In this document: one piece after another, positions 1-13,699 of the stretch
Position numbering within the stretch: position 1 is the first letter of the stretch
How the letters are laid out: every line of letters begins with the position of its first letter
DNA from: Octopus vulgaris
Lineage: Eukaryota
Direction: 5' to 3'
Assembly: GCA_951406725.2 (NCBI GenBank)
Contig: OX597817.1
Span: forward strand, 129,890,001-129,954,000
Length of the DNA: 64,000 nucleotides
The notes under the pieces: model-generated
What the model was told of the DNA's origin: nothing
What the model saw: the letters and a program-made list of their open reading frames with translations, nothing else
The model's database searches: none
Made by a program: the position numbers and the translations under genes

Positions 1-1
1 C

Positions 2-81
<80 letters not shown>

Positions 82-477
82 CATATATATATATACATAC
101 ATATATATATATATATACATATACGTAAGTGTACGTGACCAAATCCCTTCCTGTTACATTCGCAATATGTATATATTCCATGAATTAAAGTTGCTGTTAA
201 TGCCTTTACCAAAATTTGATTCTTTGTTCTAGCCAAAGAATTTCTTATCATTCAACCCCCTACAGAGAACCTTCCTTCTGCAAATTATTAGGCTTTTAGC
301 CTAGGTAAGGAATCAATATGAAGATCACTGAAATTCCATTTTTGATCTATACCTGTCTCCATGGTTACAGGTTTAGTAATTTCAACACGTTGGTTTCGTC
401 GTTGACTTTTATGTCTTCTGCTCTTTATGCTTGGAACATGTCTCCCCAGATGACTGTAATAAATCTTGGGTAATATG

Positions 478-530
478 ATGCATGCATGCATACATACATG
501 CATACATACATACATACATACATACATACA

Positions 531-562
<32 letters not shown>

Positions 563-616
563 AGTATATTCATACATGTATTGGATATATATATATAAAT
601 CGTTTTCAGCTTTTTT

Positions 617-658
<42 letters not shown>

Positions 659-697
659 GATTGATAGCTATAGGTATAGAAAGCGAGATAAATATAC

Positions 698-747
<50 letters not shown>

Positions 748-822
748 GTATGCATATATATATGTATGTATATGTATATACACACATATATGTATGTATA
801 TATTCTACTATACATACACATA

Positions 823-875
<53 letters not shown>

Positions 876-990
876 CACACACACACATATACACTCACTA
901 AGAAACACAGAGATACACTTACAACCTCTAATGTGTACACGCACACACGCTCGCACACACACATACACACTCACGCTCACACAAACACAT
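478..990. repeat. Compound microsatellite block (TACA)n/(TA)n/(CA)n
   Basis: Directly visible; explains the overlapping YI/CMYV/HT ORFs. Confidence 0.95.
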
Positions 991-1581
991 TTTAGACAAT
1001 GTATGGAGATGTAAGTATGGAGATGTCTCTCGAAGACCAGAAGCTCAGGCATTATACATTTAGTAGTAAGAATGCTTTTTAAGGTTTTCTGTCCAAAAGA
1101 GTTTGAAGACATCGATATGCCATGAACATCATAGACAGGAACGTCTGCATTAGCCCAGGTAGATTGCTGTTCCAGCCACGCTATAGTCGTAACTTCGGAA
1201 ATATCGGCAGAGATAATTTTTTTCCTCTCTTCCACGTGCTGACCAGAGAGCTAAGGCATACTTTTACTGACCATAACTATTAATGTATCCACCTCATTCG
1301 CCTGTGGCAATAAAGTGGTACTGGAAAATGGGCAAAGATGGCAGCCTATTAGAGACAGCGAGAAAGGTAATATAAAGAAAAAGAGACCTCTCCGATAAAA
1401 GAAATAAAATTTAAAAAATACAGGTATGATTATATGGTTAAGAAGCTCGCTTTGCAACTACGTACGGTGAGTCCTATTGCGCGCACATTGGGCGTGTGAT
1501 TTTTACTATAACACCGGGCCTCCTAATGCCTTGTGAGTGAATTTAGTAGACAGAAACTGTGTAGAAACCTATCGTATATAT

Positions 1582-1969
1582 CATCGACTTATCACATACT
1601 TATTTAAACACTTTTAAGCTGCAGTATTATTTAAACATTTTAAGGTTACACTGTTTCGTCCAGTGAAAGTCCTTTTAAAGAAGTTGAGTGTGAAAAAAGA
1701 AAAAAACCCAGAATGCCTGAAAACTTGGCGAAACGAATCACCTCGGAGGTGAGCAAGAATGACAATTACTCGAGTATACAGCACCGGTTAGTTGAAATGA
1801 CAGCGAAATATCTATATCTATCGTCCTTAGAGCCGATGTGATTCGTTGCGCCTGGTTTTGAGATATGCAGTGTTTTTTTTCTTTTCTTTAGCATATAACG
1901 TCTTCAAAGGGATTTTAAACGCACAAAGCGTTTAAACAGCACACATATATTAAGTATGTGACATCGATG
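1582..1969. mobile_element. Old foldback/MITE-like element with long imperfect inverted arms
   Basis: Left arm catcgacttatcacatactta...cctgaaaacttggcgaaacgaatcacctcgg matches the reverse complement of the right arm, catcgatgtcacatactta...ctcaaaaccaggcgcaacgaatcacatcgg. Confidence 0.65.
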
Positions 1970-1987
1970 TTTACATTGTTAGAGCTG

Positions 1988-2066
<79 letters not shown>

Positions 2067-2293
2067 GCATATGTATATTAGTGTATGTATCTTTGTGCTT
2101 GTCCACCACCCTTTGATAACCGGTACTGGCTTGTTTATGTCTCCATAACATATCGGTTCGACAAAAGAGAATGATAGAATAAATACGAATCTCGAAAATA
2201 AATACTAGAGTTGACTTGTTCCACTAAATCCTTGAGAGCGATGACCCAGCATAACCGCAGTTCAATGAATGGAATATGTAGAAGGTATATGTA

Positions 2294-2700
2294 GGCGCAG
2301 GAGTGGCTGTGTGGTAAGTAGTTTGCTAACCAACCACATGGTTCCGGGTTCAGTCCCACTGCGTGGCACCTTGGGCAAGTGTCTTCTGCTATAGCCCCGG
2401 GCCGACCAATGCCTTGAGAGTGGATTTGGTAGACGGAAACTGAAAGAAGCCTGTCGTATATATGTATGTATATATGTATGTGTGTGTGTTTGTGTGTCTG
2501 TGTTTGTCCCCCTAGCATTGCTTGACAACCGATGCTGGTGTGTTTATGTCCCCGTCACTTAGCGGTTCGGCAAAAGAGACCGATAGAATAAGTACTGGGC
2601 TTACAAAGAATAAGTCCTGGGGTTGATTTGCTCGACTAAAAGGCGGTGCTCCAGCATGGCCGCAGTCAAATGACTGAAACAAGTAAAAGAGTAAAAGAGT
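2294..2700 (+). mobile_element. tRNA-derived SINE family A, full length, with internal microsatellite
   Basis: A-box-like TGGCTGTGTGG, B-box-like GGTTCAGTCC, central (TA)/(TG) tract, tail ...GACTGAAACAAGTAAAAGAGTAAAAGAG; several near-identical copies in the window. Confidence 0.9.
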
Positions 2701-2929
2701 AAGGTAAAACGCAAAACGTAAACAAAATATGTGAAGAGGTAATCATCCTCTCGTGTACCTTATATTGAAGCTCACAGCATTTCGTGCAACAAATAAAGGA
2801 CTGATGCACAATTCAACGGAAATCGGAAAACTGGAATTGATTTAAACATTACACACCTTGGCTATAAGTTAAAAAAGAATGTGCTTACTTTCTTGTTTAA
2901 GCCACAATAATATATATAAATATATATTC

Positions 2930-3262
2930 TTTTATTTTTTTATTTGTTTCACTCATTTGACTGCGACTATGCTGGAGCACCGCCTTTAGTTGAGCAAATC
3001 AACCTAAGACTTATTCTCTGTAAGCCTAATACTTATTCTATCGGACTCTTTTGCCGAACCTCTAAGTTACGGGGACGTAAACGGGGAACACACACACACA
3101 CACACATATATATAAATGACGGGTTTCTTTCAGTTACCGTCTACCAAAATCCACTCACGAGGCTCTAGTAGAAGACACTTACCCAATGTGCTACACAGTT
3201 GGACTGAACCCGGAACCATGTGGTTGGTAAGCAAGCTACTTACCACACAGCCACTCTTGTGC
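2930..3262 (-). mobile_element. SINE family A copy, internally deleted
   Basis: Reverse complement aligns to 2294-2700. Confidence 0.85.
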
Positions 3263-3559
3263 TTATTATATATATGTGTATTTGAAAAAGAAAAAGAATG
3301 ACTTCACAGTTAGTTCTAATCAATTTAATTTATTACTTTTTAATTTTTTAGTAATATAAATTTCACCCTTTAGTTCGTAGATTTAATAAGTTCTTTGTTA
3401 AATTGAGTGGAGAGATTTAAAAAAAAAAATTTCGTTATCTTTTCTGGAGAACTTTCTCGCATGCGTTGTCAAACAGTTCAGAGAATTTGGGGTTTTGTGA
3501 TTCTATGTATGAAATTTGGGTGTGTTTGGGATGGGGTTGGTGCTCGTATGTATATATAT

Positions 3560-3693
3560 TGTGTTCCTTTCTGTTGAAGAGCGCAGGCTCGAAACGTAAA
3601 AGACTTTCTCACCTTCCCGAGCGTTAAACTAGTACACCTGTTTGCTGTTTACACACCTGTCTTCGTTTTTTGTTTTTTTTTTTTGTAAATTTG

Positions 3694-3697
<4 letters not shown>
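3560..3697 (+). mobile_element. Solo Penelope terminal-repeat (pLTR) remnant, family 1, ending in (TA)n
   Basis: Matches the 3' end of the RT/GIY-YIG element at 13470-13597; contains an HHR motif. Confidence 0.8.
3567..3602 (+). ncRNA. Minimal type-I hammerhead ribozyme motif, family 1
   Basis: CTTT-CTGTTGA-A-GAGC-GCAG-GCTC-GAAA-CG-TA-AAAG: stem I, variant core, stem II, GAAA, palindromic stem III, GUA site. Confidence 0.7.
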
Positions 3698-3746
<49 letters not shown>

Positions 3747-3944
3747 AACTGGTAGTTTGAAGTATGTGCGTGTGCGTGTATGTATATGTTGTGTATTTTT
3801 CGTTTTGTGTGCAGTTTTCCGCCACGTTTCGTATTTTATAATTTCACTAACTCTACAAATATGCCTCGGCTCATTATACCTTTTACACACCACATTTTCG
3901 GCTGTCTGTCTGAATCTTTCTCTTTGTCTCTCTCTCTCTATATA

Positions 3945-4013
<69 letters not shown>

Positions 4014-4689
4014 CTTTGATCGATTTTCATATACCATTAACTCATCAATTAAATCGTATGTTTAGCTTTTATAGTCTTTCAATGTGATAGCTATCAGCAG
4101 GGTCAATATATTTCCTATTAGTGTATTACAGCTTATTTCATTATGCTTTCCCTTCAAGTTTGTTTGCACTATTCTCAAAGTTGCACTGATATTTGTTTTT
4201 GCGGTATCCATTCTACTATGGCAGACAACGTACAAGTGGAAGTTTCGCTACTGAAGTTTGCGCTACTGAAATGTGCGCTATGTAACCGACTACTGAAAAA
4301 ACCTCTCCGCAGATCAAGTATTATGTATCAGAGTTCTGGATTACAATGTTTCTATTGATAATAAAATAAGAAGATTTAACACTTCCTCGGATATTAAGGT
4401 TTTAATCTCATATCAACAGTATAATTAAAAGAGAAAATACATCTCTGGATGCACACAAAATACTTCAGTAGTAAAATAAATTACGAGTATTATACATTTA
4501 CGTATCTAAGAATGCCACTTAACTATCATCTATGCTAGGAATGTTGCAAGCCACCGTGAAATTTGTTTCCTGTTTGTCAGAACGGCTAGAAATAGCAACT
4601 AATTATCCATCAAATTGCACACTTCTGTCTCACAAACAGAACGACATTTTGGATGCTGTAATGCTAGATACAATGGGATAAAGATCTTT

Positions 4690-4920
4690 TCGAGCCCTAT
4701 GGACTCATAACGGCTGGTTCTCAGTTTCTTTGGGGTATATATATATTTAACCCATGGACGAGACCTCGGTCTGTCGCAGGATTACTCGTTTATGCCAGCT
4801 GAGTAGACTGGAGTAAAGTAAAGTAAAATGCTTTTCTCAAGAACACGACGCGTCGCCCGGTCTAGGAATCGGTTATGGTCATGAGTCTAACGCCCTAACC
4901 ACTAAACCACGCTTCTCCCC
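4690..4920 (-). mobile_element. tRNA-derived SINE family C, degenerate
   Basis: Minus strand reads gcgtggtttagtggttaggg...gattcctagaccgggcgacgcgtcgtgttcttgag; related to the 7120 and 37370 copies. Confidence 0.7.
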
Positions 4921-5311
4921 CCTAGATACATTATACTTCCAAAAGTTCCCTTCTACTATAGGCAAAAGGGCTAACATTTTGGGGTAAGGGGCTAGTCGAT
5001 TACATCGACCCCAGTGTAATAAGGGATATAAATCCAGTCAAAATACTTCTTAAGCCCTCTGCAGATAAAAAGAATACACCAAGCTAGCAAAACGTCTTGT
5101 GCTCAATATTGTACTCCACGTAATCCGAAGTCGAGAGCTGAAGTCGGAGTCCATGAGCAGATAATTTAGGAATTTATGGTTTGCATTACCCTATTAAGAT
5201 GGTAGTTTTTACAGAGTCATATATAAAATAGCCATAAATCGATAGATTGATAAACTTTTTATCATACGTGTATGTGTGTGTGCGCGCGAATATGTATTTC
5301 TCTCTCACTGC

Positions 5312-5418
<107 letters not shown>

Positions 5419-5643
5419 GTGCGATGCAAACAAGGAAAACATGAATATATATTTTCATTAATATTTAGCAGAAGCAACAATGTGACTCATAAGCCGAGAG
5501 TGTCGTGTGTTAGCATTTATCAAACTAATTACTAGTTGAGGAGTAGTGCATTTATATACAGGTGATAATAGTATCTCCCAGGATAGTTCTGGAACAAATG
5601 ATTAAAAATAATTACAATGTCACATGGATAATACATATCTTTC

Positions 5644-5676
<33 letters not shown>

Positions 5677-5730
5677 TGAAAAAACAAGTCAAAAATAGAA
5701 AATGCTAAAATAATTTTATAGTGAATCTTT

Positions 5731-5768
5731 CAGTACCGGTTTCGGTCATTTTGAGACCTTTTCAACTG
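5731..5768 (-). ncRNA. Minimal type-I hammerhead motif, family 2 (U3-A8 core), in a PLE-like terminal remnant ~5680-5845
   Basis: Minus strand: CAG-TTGAAAA-GGTC-TCAAAAT-GACC-GAAA-CCGG-TA-CTG; abuts (TA)n. Confidence 0.75.
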
Positions 5769-5887
5769 TAACGATTAAATAATTAAATTTAGAAAAATTA
5801 GAAGAAAAGTTTTTTTAAAAGAATATTTCTATAGTAGTGTTCAGATTTAAGTGGCATTCTGCCTTTCTCTGACTCCCTTGTTTGCAC

Positions 5888-5952
<65 letters not shown>

Positions 5953-5978
5953 AAGAGACAGAGAGAGAGAGAGGGGGG

Positions 5979-6027
<49 letters not shown>

Positions 6028-6077
6028 CCAGACAGACAGAAAGACACCTAGCTAGATAGATAGATAGATATATAGAC

Positions 6078-6135
<58 letters not shown>

Positions 6136-7119
6136 ATAGATAAATAGCTAGATATGCGTGAGTGTGAGAGTGTTATGAATATACATATAGTTTCCTGGGA
6201 GTTTGGTTCGAGAACTTTTGGGGATTTCTGCCTTTGGAGCATTAGAGATAACGATTATAGCAAATAGATAAATAGCATAAAGTAAAATAAAATATATATA
6301 TATAATTATAAAATAAAACTATAAATACAAATCTTTCAAAATGCCTTTCTTTTCTCTTTCTTCCAATAGCTCGTTTTCTCTTTCTAAGCACGCAAGAAAC
6401 TGTAACTATTTCATTTTTTACTTTACACCGAAATATTACTTCGAAAAACGTCTTCAACCTATTATATTCCGTATGTACAAAAGATTCGTAAAATCAATTT
6501 TCCTTTCACATGGGTGGGGATTATGTAGAAATAAAGTGCGATGGAAGTTAGAAGCGGAGAATGCACCAATAAAAACTAATAACAGTAAAAACTGCAATAA
6601 ATTTTGATGCGCCTTTCCATTTGCTGCAAATGGAAATACGGATTCAAATTTAAAGAGCCGAAGATGTTCTTTACACTATAGTAAAGATATCGTTTTGGTA
6701 TCATCATGGTATTTTGTTTATGTTGTGTATTTAGTGGAAGGGATTTATGAACGTTGTGAAGACTATATGTTCATTTTGTTGATTTGTAAGCTAGTAGTTC
6801 TCTAGTGAGGCAGGCCTGCAGAAGATGCCTGATTTTACTTCCAAGTTGTATCAAGCCACTTTCCGTAAACCTACGCAACTACCAATACATACATACATAC
6901 ATACATACATACATACATACATACATACATACATACATACATACATACATACATACATACATAATTTTGGATAGAGAAGAGAAATTGTGTACAGTTGTGG
7001 AAATCAGCTGCCCAGCGGTTGTTAACATAATGCTAAAAGATCAGCGAAAAAGAAAATACATATGCTGAATTATGGAGGAATCTACAGCTATTCTATCCAG
7101 GTTACAAGTTCAGATTTAT

Positions 7120-7350
7120 ATTTCGAACTCGATTCCTGGAGGCGTGAAGTTGTGTCCTTGAGCAAGACACTTTATATCACTTTTCTCCAGTCCACTCAGC
7201 TGGCAAAATGAGTAGTACCTGTATTTCGAAAGGCCAACCTTGTCACATTCTGTGTCACGCTGAATCTGCCTGAGAACTACATTAAAGGTACGCGTGTCAG
7301 TGGAGTGCTCAGCCACTTGCGCGTTACTTTCACGATCGGGCTGTTGCATT
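7120..7350 (+). mobile_element. SINE family C fragment
   Basis: tcgattcctgga...gtgtccttgagcaagacacttt...ccagtccactcagctggcaaaatgag; similar to 37370-37690. Confidence 0.7.
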
Positions 7351-7805
7351 GATTAAACAGTGCCCCAACATACCAGCACAGCGTACTGGTGATAGGTAGC
7401 GTTGTATATAGATAACTTTGATCCTAAGTTTAATAACAACCACATCACATCCCAACAGCTAGTCATCGATTTACTAGTATGGTAATTACATTTCACGATT
7501 TATCGCAAATTGGGGACACACAGACACAGATACACACGCAAACACATACCCATACACACATACAAACATACATACGTATATATGTGTGTTGTATGTATTA
7601 ATATACACTTAACTGTGTTTGCATTTCTACACTGATCTTACTCGTCTGTTCATTATTTCCCACCTCTTTAGCATCAAATCATGAAGATAAATAAACGAAT
7701 TTGTATGAGTGTATGTATTTATGTATCAATATATGTGCATGCATAAATACATACATGCATACATACACACATACACACACACACACATACATATACCTAT
7801 ATATA

Positions 7806-8482
7806 TGTAACAGGATGAGAGGTCCCCGTACTGGAAGGGTGCAGCTCGCATCCTTTACATTAAATATTAATCGAAGGCTGCAGCAATCAGTTTGCTTCTG
7901 TGTCCACGATTTTGTATCGTCTATTTGACTTCATTGCTCCTACTGAAGATTGTGGAACACGTGGCAGAAAGAGGAAAATATGGCTGCGTAAGAAGAAATA
8001 TGATGGCTATTGCTCTTTCGTAGAAGGTCGAATGTTCGAGTCTCGGGTCACCAATTGTAACAGGATGAAAGGCCCCCGCACTGGGAGGGTGCAGCTCGAA
8101 TCCTTTACATCAAATATTAATCGAAGGAAAGAGTCAATACTTCCGATTAACTTCAACAGTATAAATATTTATTTCTTGATTCGCAATATATACATTCTTC
8201 TTTCTAGGCGAATCGCCATCCTAGGAGCTTATCGCAGTAGTCAAGTGGATTGAGCCAAATCCTGTCCGTTCAAACATAGCAGAGATACGTCACGAGGTAG
8301 CAGCTTGAGAGAGCTGCTAAAAACACGACTGTCCTGTTCAGCTGCCAGCCTTCAAGAGAACGATACAAGGAAAATTTCGCTGCTGCTAGTTTTCTGCGCA
8401 TGCGCATGAGGGAACTTCCGGCAGGCCTCCCGGAAGAATCCAACTCTGTGCATGCGTGCTGGAGATTTTCAAGATGGCGTCA

Positions 8483-8487
<5 letters not shown>
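7806..8487 (-). mobile_element. Internally deleted Gypsy-like LTR retrotransposon: 5' LTR 8056-8487, PBS, ~180-bp internal remnant, terminal 72 bp of 3' LTR at 7806-7877
   Basis: Minus-strand LTR is TGTAGT...GTTACA. It is followed by AT-TGGTGACCCGA, complementary to the tRNA-Trp 3' end. 7806-7877 is a direct repeat of 8056-8127. Confidence 0.8.
8395..8479. promoter_or_regulatory. LTR U3 cluster of NRF1, ETS and YY1 consensus motifs
   Basis: TGCGCATGCGCA (8395-8406), ACTTCCGG (8414-8421), CCGGAAG (~8430), CAAGATGGCG (8470-8479). Confidence 0.5.
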
Positions 8488-8524
<37 letters not shown>

Positions 8525-9134
8525 GTATACATAGATATATTTATGAAAAAGAAGAGCGAAAATGCTACTTTCTTAGAATTGGGTACATTTTAATTTTCCT
8601 TGATATAAATACATTAAAAGAAGAATGTCTTGGTTATGTTTTACGTTTCTGTTTTTAAAAAAACCTTATCAAAAATATGTACGAAAATGGAATATGTAGA
8701 AAGAAAAAAGAGCTATCAATAAAATTGAATTAAAATTAAAATTAACATTCATAGTTTACTTACCTTTTTTTTGCAAGAGCGCGTGGTAATTTGCATAAAT
8801 TTTCGTGGCATGACAAGTTGAACTATGACCGCAAATTACTACTATCTATTACGGTAAATTAAATAGTGTGGACACCACGACGACTACTATTATTATTATT
8901 GCTGCTAGTTATTCGATTGCTACAGTCACACCTATAGAAAACAAGCTTTGACCACACTATTGAATTTACCAAAACAGATAGTAGTAATTTGCGGTGATAA
9001 TAAGAAAAAAGTGGCAATTTTACCGGTGAGTGTGTTACATAATAAGGCACAAAAAGAAAATGACTCTCCCCAGACACAATTCTGCTACTACCTACCTACC
9101 GAGCCTTCGCAAAAGTAAAAGAGAGGGAGAGAGA

Positions 9135-9176
<42 letters not shown>

Positions 9177-9274
9177 AAAGGAAAATGTCCCACTTATTTG
9201 AAAAGTATGGAAATATTTTTAAAAACATCTCTTTAATTTTTCCACAATTTAATTGTTTTTCATGTTTTACTCTA

Positions 9275-9308
9275 AGTTGAAAAAGTCGAAATGACTGATA
9301 CCGGTACT
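9275..9308 (+). ncRNA. Hammerhead motif, family 2 (GAAA mutated to GATA)
   Basis: AG-TTGAAAA-AGTC-GAAAT-GACT-GATA-CCGG-TA-CT; downstream attattttagcattttcta is shared with the 5700 and 26290 copies. Confidence 0.6.
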
Positions 9309-9389
9309 CAATTATTTTAGCATTTTCTACCTTGTCTCTTTTCCTTATATATACATGTGTGTGTGTGTGTATGTGTGTATATGTGTGTG

Positions 9390-9435
<46 letters not shown>

Positions 9436-9974
9436 CACATACACATACAAACTCACACGTACACGCACATACGGACACACACAACACACACATATATGGT
9501 AAATCAACGCAGCCTTACTGTCAACATTTAAGAATCGTTCGTGACATTTATAGGTTGTCACGAAAACAACTTGGCCACGAGGGAAAAAATTCAACTCACT
9601 TTCATCATAACAATAACCTCGAGGAAAACATCCCACTTGCGCTAACCTTAGGTTAGCTTATCGTCCATCTCCTCACATCTCATCATTGCATTTTTTCTTG
9701 TACCTCACATATAACATGATATGTCGATTACATCTGAATGAGAGGTGTTTTGGCATTTCTGTATCTTCGTTTAAATGTTTGTTGCGATAACATCTATTAT
9801 TAATGCCATCACGGAAAATAGTAAAATATCTCCAGTGTAATTGTATGTGTGCATGCATATGTACACATGTAAGTAGTCGTATGTATATATGTCCAGACAT
9901 ATGTATGTATGCATGCATGTATGTTTGATTATATACATATATGTCCCTCTTTCTTCCTCCTTGACACGTGACCA

Positions 9975-10390
9975 GCGGCCATCTTTCTTTCTTCTCCTTC
10001 AGCTACAGGGATAGCACGTTTTTTTGTGTGTCTCCTGTCAAACCTTATTTTGCCAGCGTTCACCACTTCACCTCGTTATGGCTTAACAGCCCTTACTGTT
10101 TGTTTTCACTGTCCTGTGTTTGTTATCAACTTTGATCCTCCGCAAATCGGAAATTTATTTGATTTGCCTTGCAGGAGCAACTGTTTTGACGAAGATACAG
10201 CTTGTGCTAGTGCTCGAATTTGCGTAGTAGATGAAACAGTGAACAACTGATGAAGGGATTGTTCTTTATTCTGTCTGTCTTGTTTTTCTATTTGTTTCTT
10301 TCGTTGTTCGCAAAAATATTCGTTTTCCATGTTGTAATTTTTGTTCCCGTTTTTTATGTTGCTTACGTTTTTTGACGTCCTGTCCCCATA
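9975..10390 (+). repeat. Interspersed repeat, probably a retroelement 3' end; second copy at 42783-43170
   Basis: Shared blocks cggccat, ctgtttgttttcactgtcc, caactgatgaagg and tgacgtcctgt; both copies end in TA-rich microsatellite. Confidence 0.7.
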
Positions 10391-10435
10391 TATGCATGTG
10401 TATATACATATATATGTACATGTATGTATATATGC

Positions 10436-10521
<86 letters not shown>

Positions 10522-10906
10522 GTGTATAATTGTGAATAAATCACAATTACAACGGAGAGGGTTGCAAAAATCCTTACATGTCTAGAAATAGCAATCAAAA
10601 CCGCTATAAATTACTATAACCACTCATATCATATCCATTCACAATAAAAGCTGTCGGCGGGCGACATGACGTAAAATTCAAAACTTAAAAATAAAAGGTT
10701 ATTCCTTTATTGCAATTTCGAAGTTAGGAACCAAACATTCCTGTAGATATAAATTAACACAATGTGTCCCGACCGGCAGGAATAATGTGTCAACCTCCAT
10801 CTACACATTCAATTCTGAAATCAACTTCATGCACAGCGTTTATAAGAAAAGACCAGTAAATCGAGCCACGGCGAAAACTGGATATGAGTGAAAAATTAAA
10901 TAACAG

Positions 10907-11428
<522 letters not shown>

Positions 11429-11661
11429 ATAAAAGAGGAATGTAAAAATTCAAAATTATTTACAAATATATCAGTGGCCAGGACATGCAATAAAAAGATG
11501 TTTTCATAAAAGAAGAGTGTATAATTGTGAATAAATCACAATTATACACTCTTCTTTTACCAAACGTTTTTTGGTTGCATGTTCATGCCTCTGATATGTT
11601 CGTAAATAATTTTGAATTTTTTACGATGTATCATTCGTAACGTATTTTTTACATTCCTCTT

Positions 11662-11697
<36 letters not shown>

Positions 11698-11764
11698 TTA
11701 TCTATCTATCTATCTATCTATCTATATATGTGTGTGTGCATATGTGTGTATGTCCCCTCTCATC

Positions 11765-12860
11765 TCCTCCCACAGCCTCCAACCTCATTGTCCGCACCCC
11801 TCGCACTTCCACAATTTACTTCCTCTCCAAAATCTACAAACCTACGTTGAGGCCCAAATATTCTTAAGTTTTACTGGTCCCACTCCTGAACTATACGGTC
11901 GTTACATTGATGACTGCATCGGTGAGACCTCACTCTCCCGCGAACATCTAGACTCTTTCCTCTCTCTTGTCAAATCTTTCCATCCTGCCCTCCACTTCTC
12001 CAGCACTGTTTCCGACACCTCAGTCGCCTTTCTCGACATTTCGGTCAGAATTCATCACTACACTCTCTCCACTTCCATCCACTACAAACACACAGAATCA
12101 CACTCATACCTCAACTTCTCGTCCTCCACCCTAAACACACCAAGCTCTCCATCCCCTACTCCCAATTCCTCCGCCTACGCAGGCTCTGCAGTGACAACCA
12201 TGACTCACCACTTCATCCTACGTGGATATCCCCTCACCACCATCCACACCGCCCTTGCCAGCGCATGTTCCGTGGACCGTGCATGTGCTCTCTCCCCCCG
12301 ACCCCGCCCCGCCGTCACCCGTCTTCCGTTTCCCCAGCTACCACCCCACCACCCTACCTCTCCAACGTACCATTCTCCAAGCATTCCGGCGACTCCAGTC
12401 CGCCCCCTCCACTTCGCACATCTTCCCTAACAGACCCCTCCTCTCCTTCAAACGAGCCCACAACCTCCCAACACGGTTCACTCCGCTGCTCCCGCCCACG
12501 CTGCCGCACTTGCTCTAAGCTCTCCAACACCACCCTCATCACAAGCACCCATCATAGACCCTATCATATCACTGACTCCTTTACATGCACTTCTAGCAAC
12601 GTTATTTACTGCATCTCCAGCTCTCTGCCCTTCTCTATACAACGGGTAAACGGGACGCCGCTTGGGTGACCGGTTCGCGGAACACCTCCGAGACATCCGA
12701 CTCGGCAACGGCACCCATTTCAGCTCTACCGGTCATTCTTTACAACATCTGTCTGTGTTCGGATTGTCCATGCTCAGGGGCCATCTGGACTCCCGTCTTC
12801 GCCGTGAGTAGGGATTAATCTTCTCTCTTCACTCCTTTGCGCTACATGGGCCGAACTCTC
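11765..12860 (+). pseudogene. Disrupted PLE pol (RT plus GIY-YIG)
   Basis: Spread over ORFs 11612-12430, 12222-12518 and 12265-12669 with frameshifts and stops; internal deletion near 11842. Confidence 0.88.
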
Positions 12861-13474
12861 ATCCCTTTTTAATCTAACTCTCCTTCTCTCTCTCTTCCTC
12901 TCACACCTACTTCCTCCCACCCACCTATTCTCTCTAGTTCTGACACCTACCTCCTCTCTTCTACCCACCTTCTCCTTTCTACCCTCTCCCTTCATCGTCA
13001 CCTCTTCCCCCGTTACCCCACCCCTACACATTCCAACTCCACCATCCCTATACATCCCATCCCTCATCCCATAGACACCACACTTGCTTCCCCCACTCTC
13101 GCCTCCTCCACACCCCAACACCACCACACACCACCACACCACACACCACAACACCACACAACACACAACCACACCACACACCACCCCTCACACACTAGCA
13201 CTGACCACTTCCTAGCACGTACACCATCATCCACATACCTACACATACACACACGCACACGTCAATGTCACCAGTCCCCTTCCACACGCACATAAAATCT
13301 CTCACATACACACGCACGCGTACCTTCGTTTTGGGATCACCAGTACTTTATTACCTCCCCTTCATCCTAGCTCACCCGTGTGACCCCTCTGTCCAGCATT
13401 CGCCATGATAGATCGCTAGCCACTATAACTATTTCTATTTTTTCTATTTTCTTTCCCTGTTTCTTTCTGTGTTC

Positions 13475-13510
13475 CTTTCTGCCGAAGAGCGTGGGCTCGA
13501 AACGTAAAAT
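13475..13510 (+). ncRNA. Hammerhead motif, family 1, in the pLTR of the Penelope element
   Basis: CTTT-CTGCCGA-A-GAGC-GTGG-GCTC-GAAA-CG-TA-AAAT. Confidence 0.65.
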
Positions 13511-13636
13511 ATTTTTTCGCCCCGCGAGCGTTAAACTAATACATCTGTTTGTTGTTTACACACTCGTCTTCGTCTTTATTTTTTTGTAATTTCTCACTAT
13601 ATATAGATAGAGTTTGATAGTTAGAGAGAACGAGAC

Positions 13637-13699
<63 letters not shown>

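Larger units (their letters stand above)
11750..13597 (+). mobile_element. Penelope-like element, 5'-truncated and frameshifted: RT, GIY-YIG endonuclease, 3' UTR and HHR-bearing pLTR
   Basis: Motifs IYFLSKIYKP, YGRYIDD, AFLDI, SIPYSQFLRLRRLCS, CxxxxCxxC, FTCTSSNVIYCI and TGRRLGDRFAEH; ends at TA/GA microsatellite. Confidence 0.92.

Noticed and set aside
180-475. Minus-strand protein-like stretch (ORF 288-551)
   Set aside because: Starts in a microsatellite, has tandem stops and no recognisable motif.
6614-6636. Hairpin TTTCCATTTGC-T-GCAAATGGAAA as a Helitron end or terminator
   Set aside because: No CTRR at the expected distance; single short occurrence.
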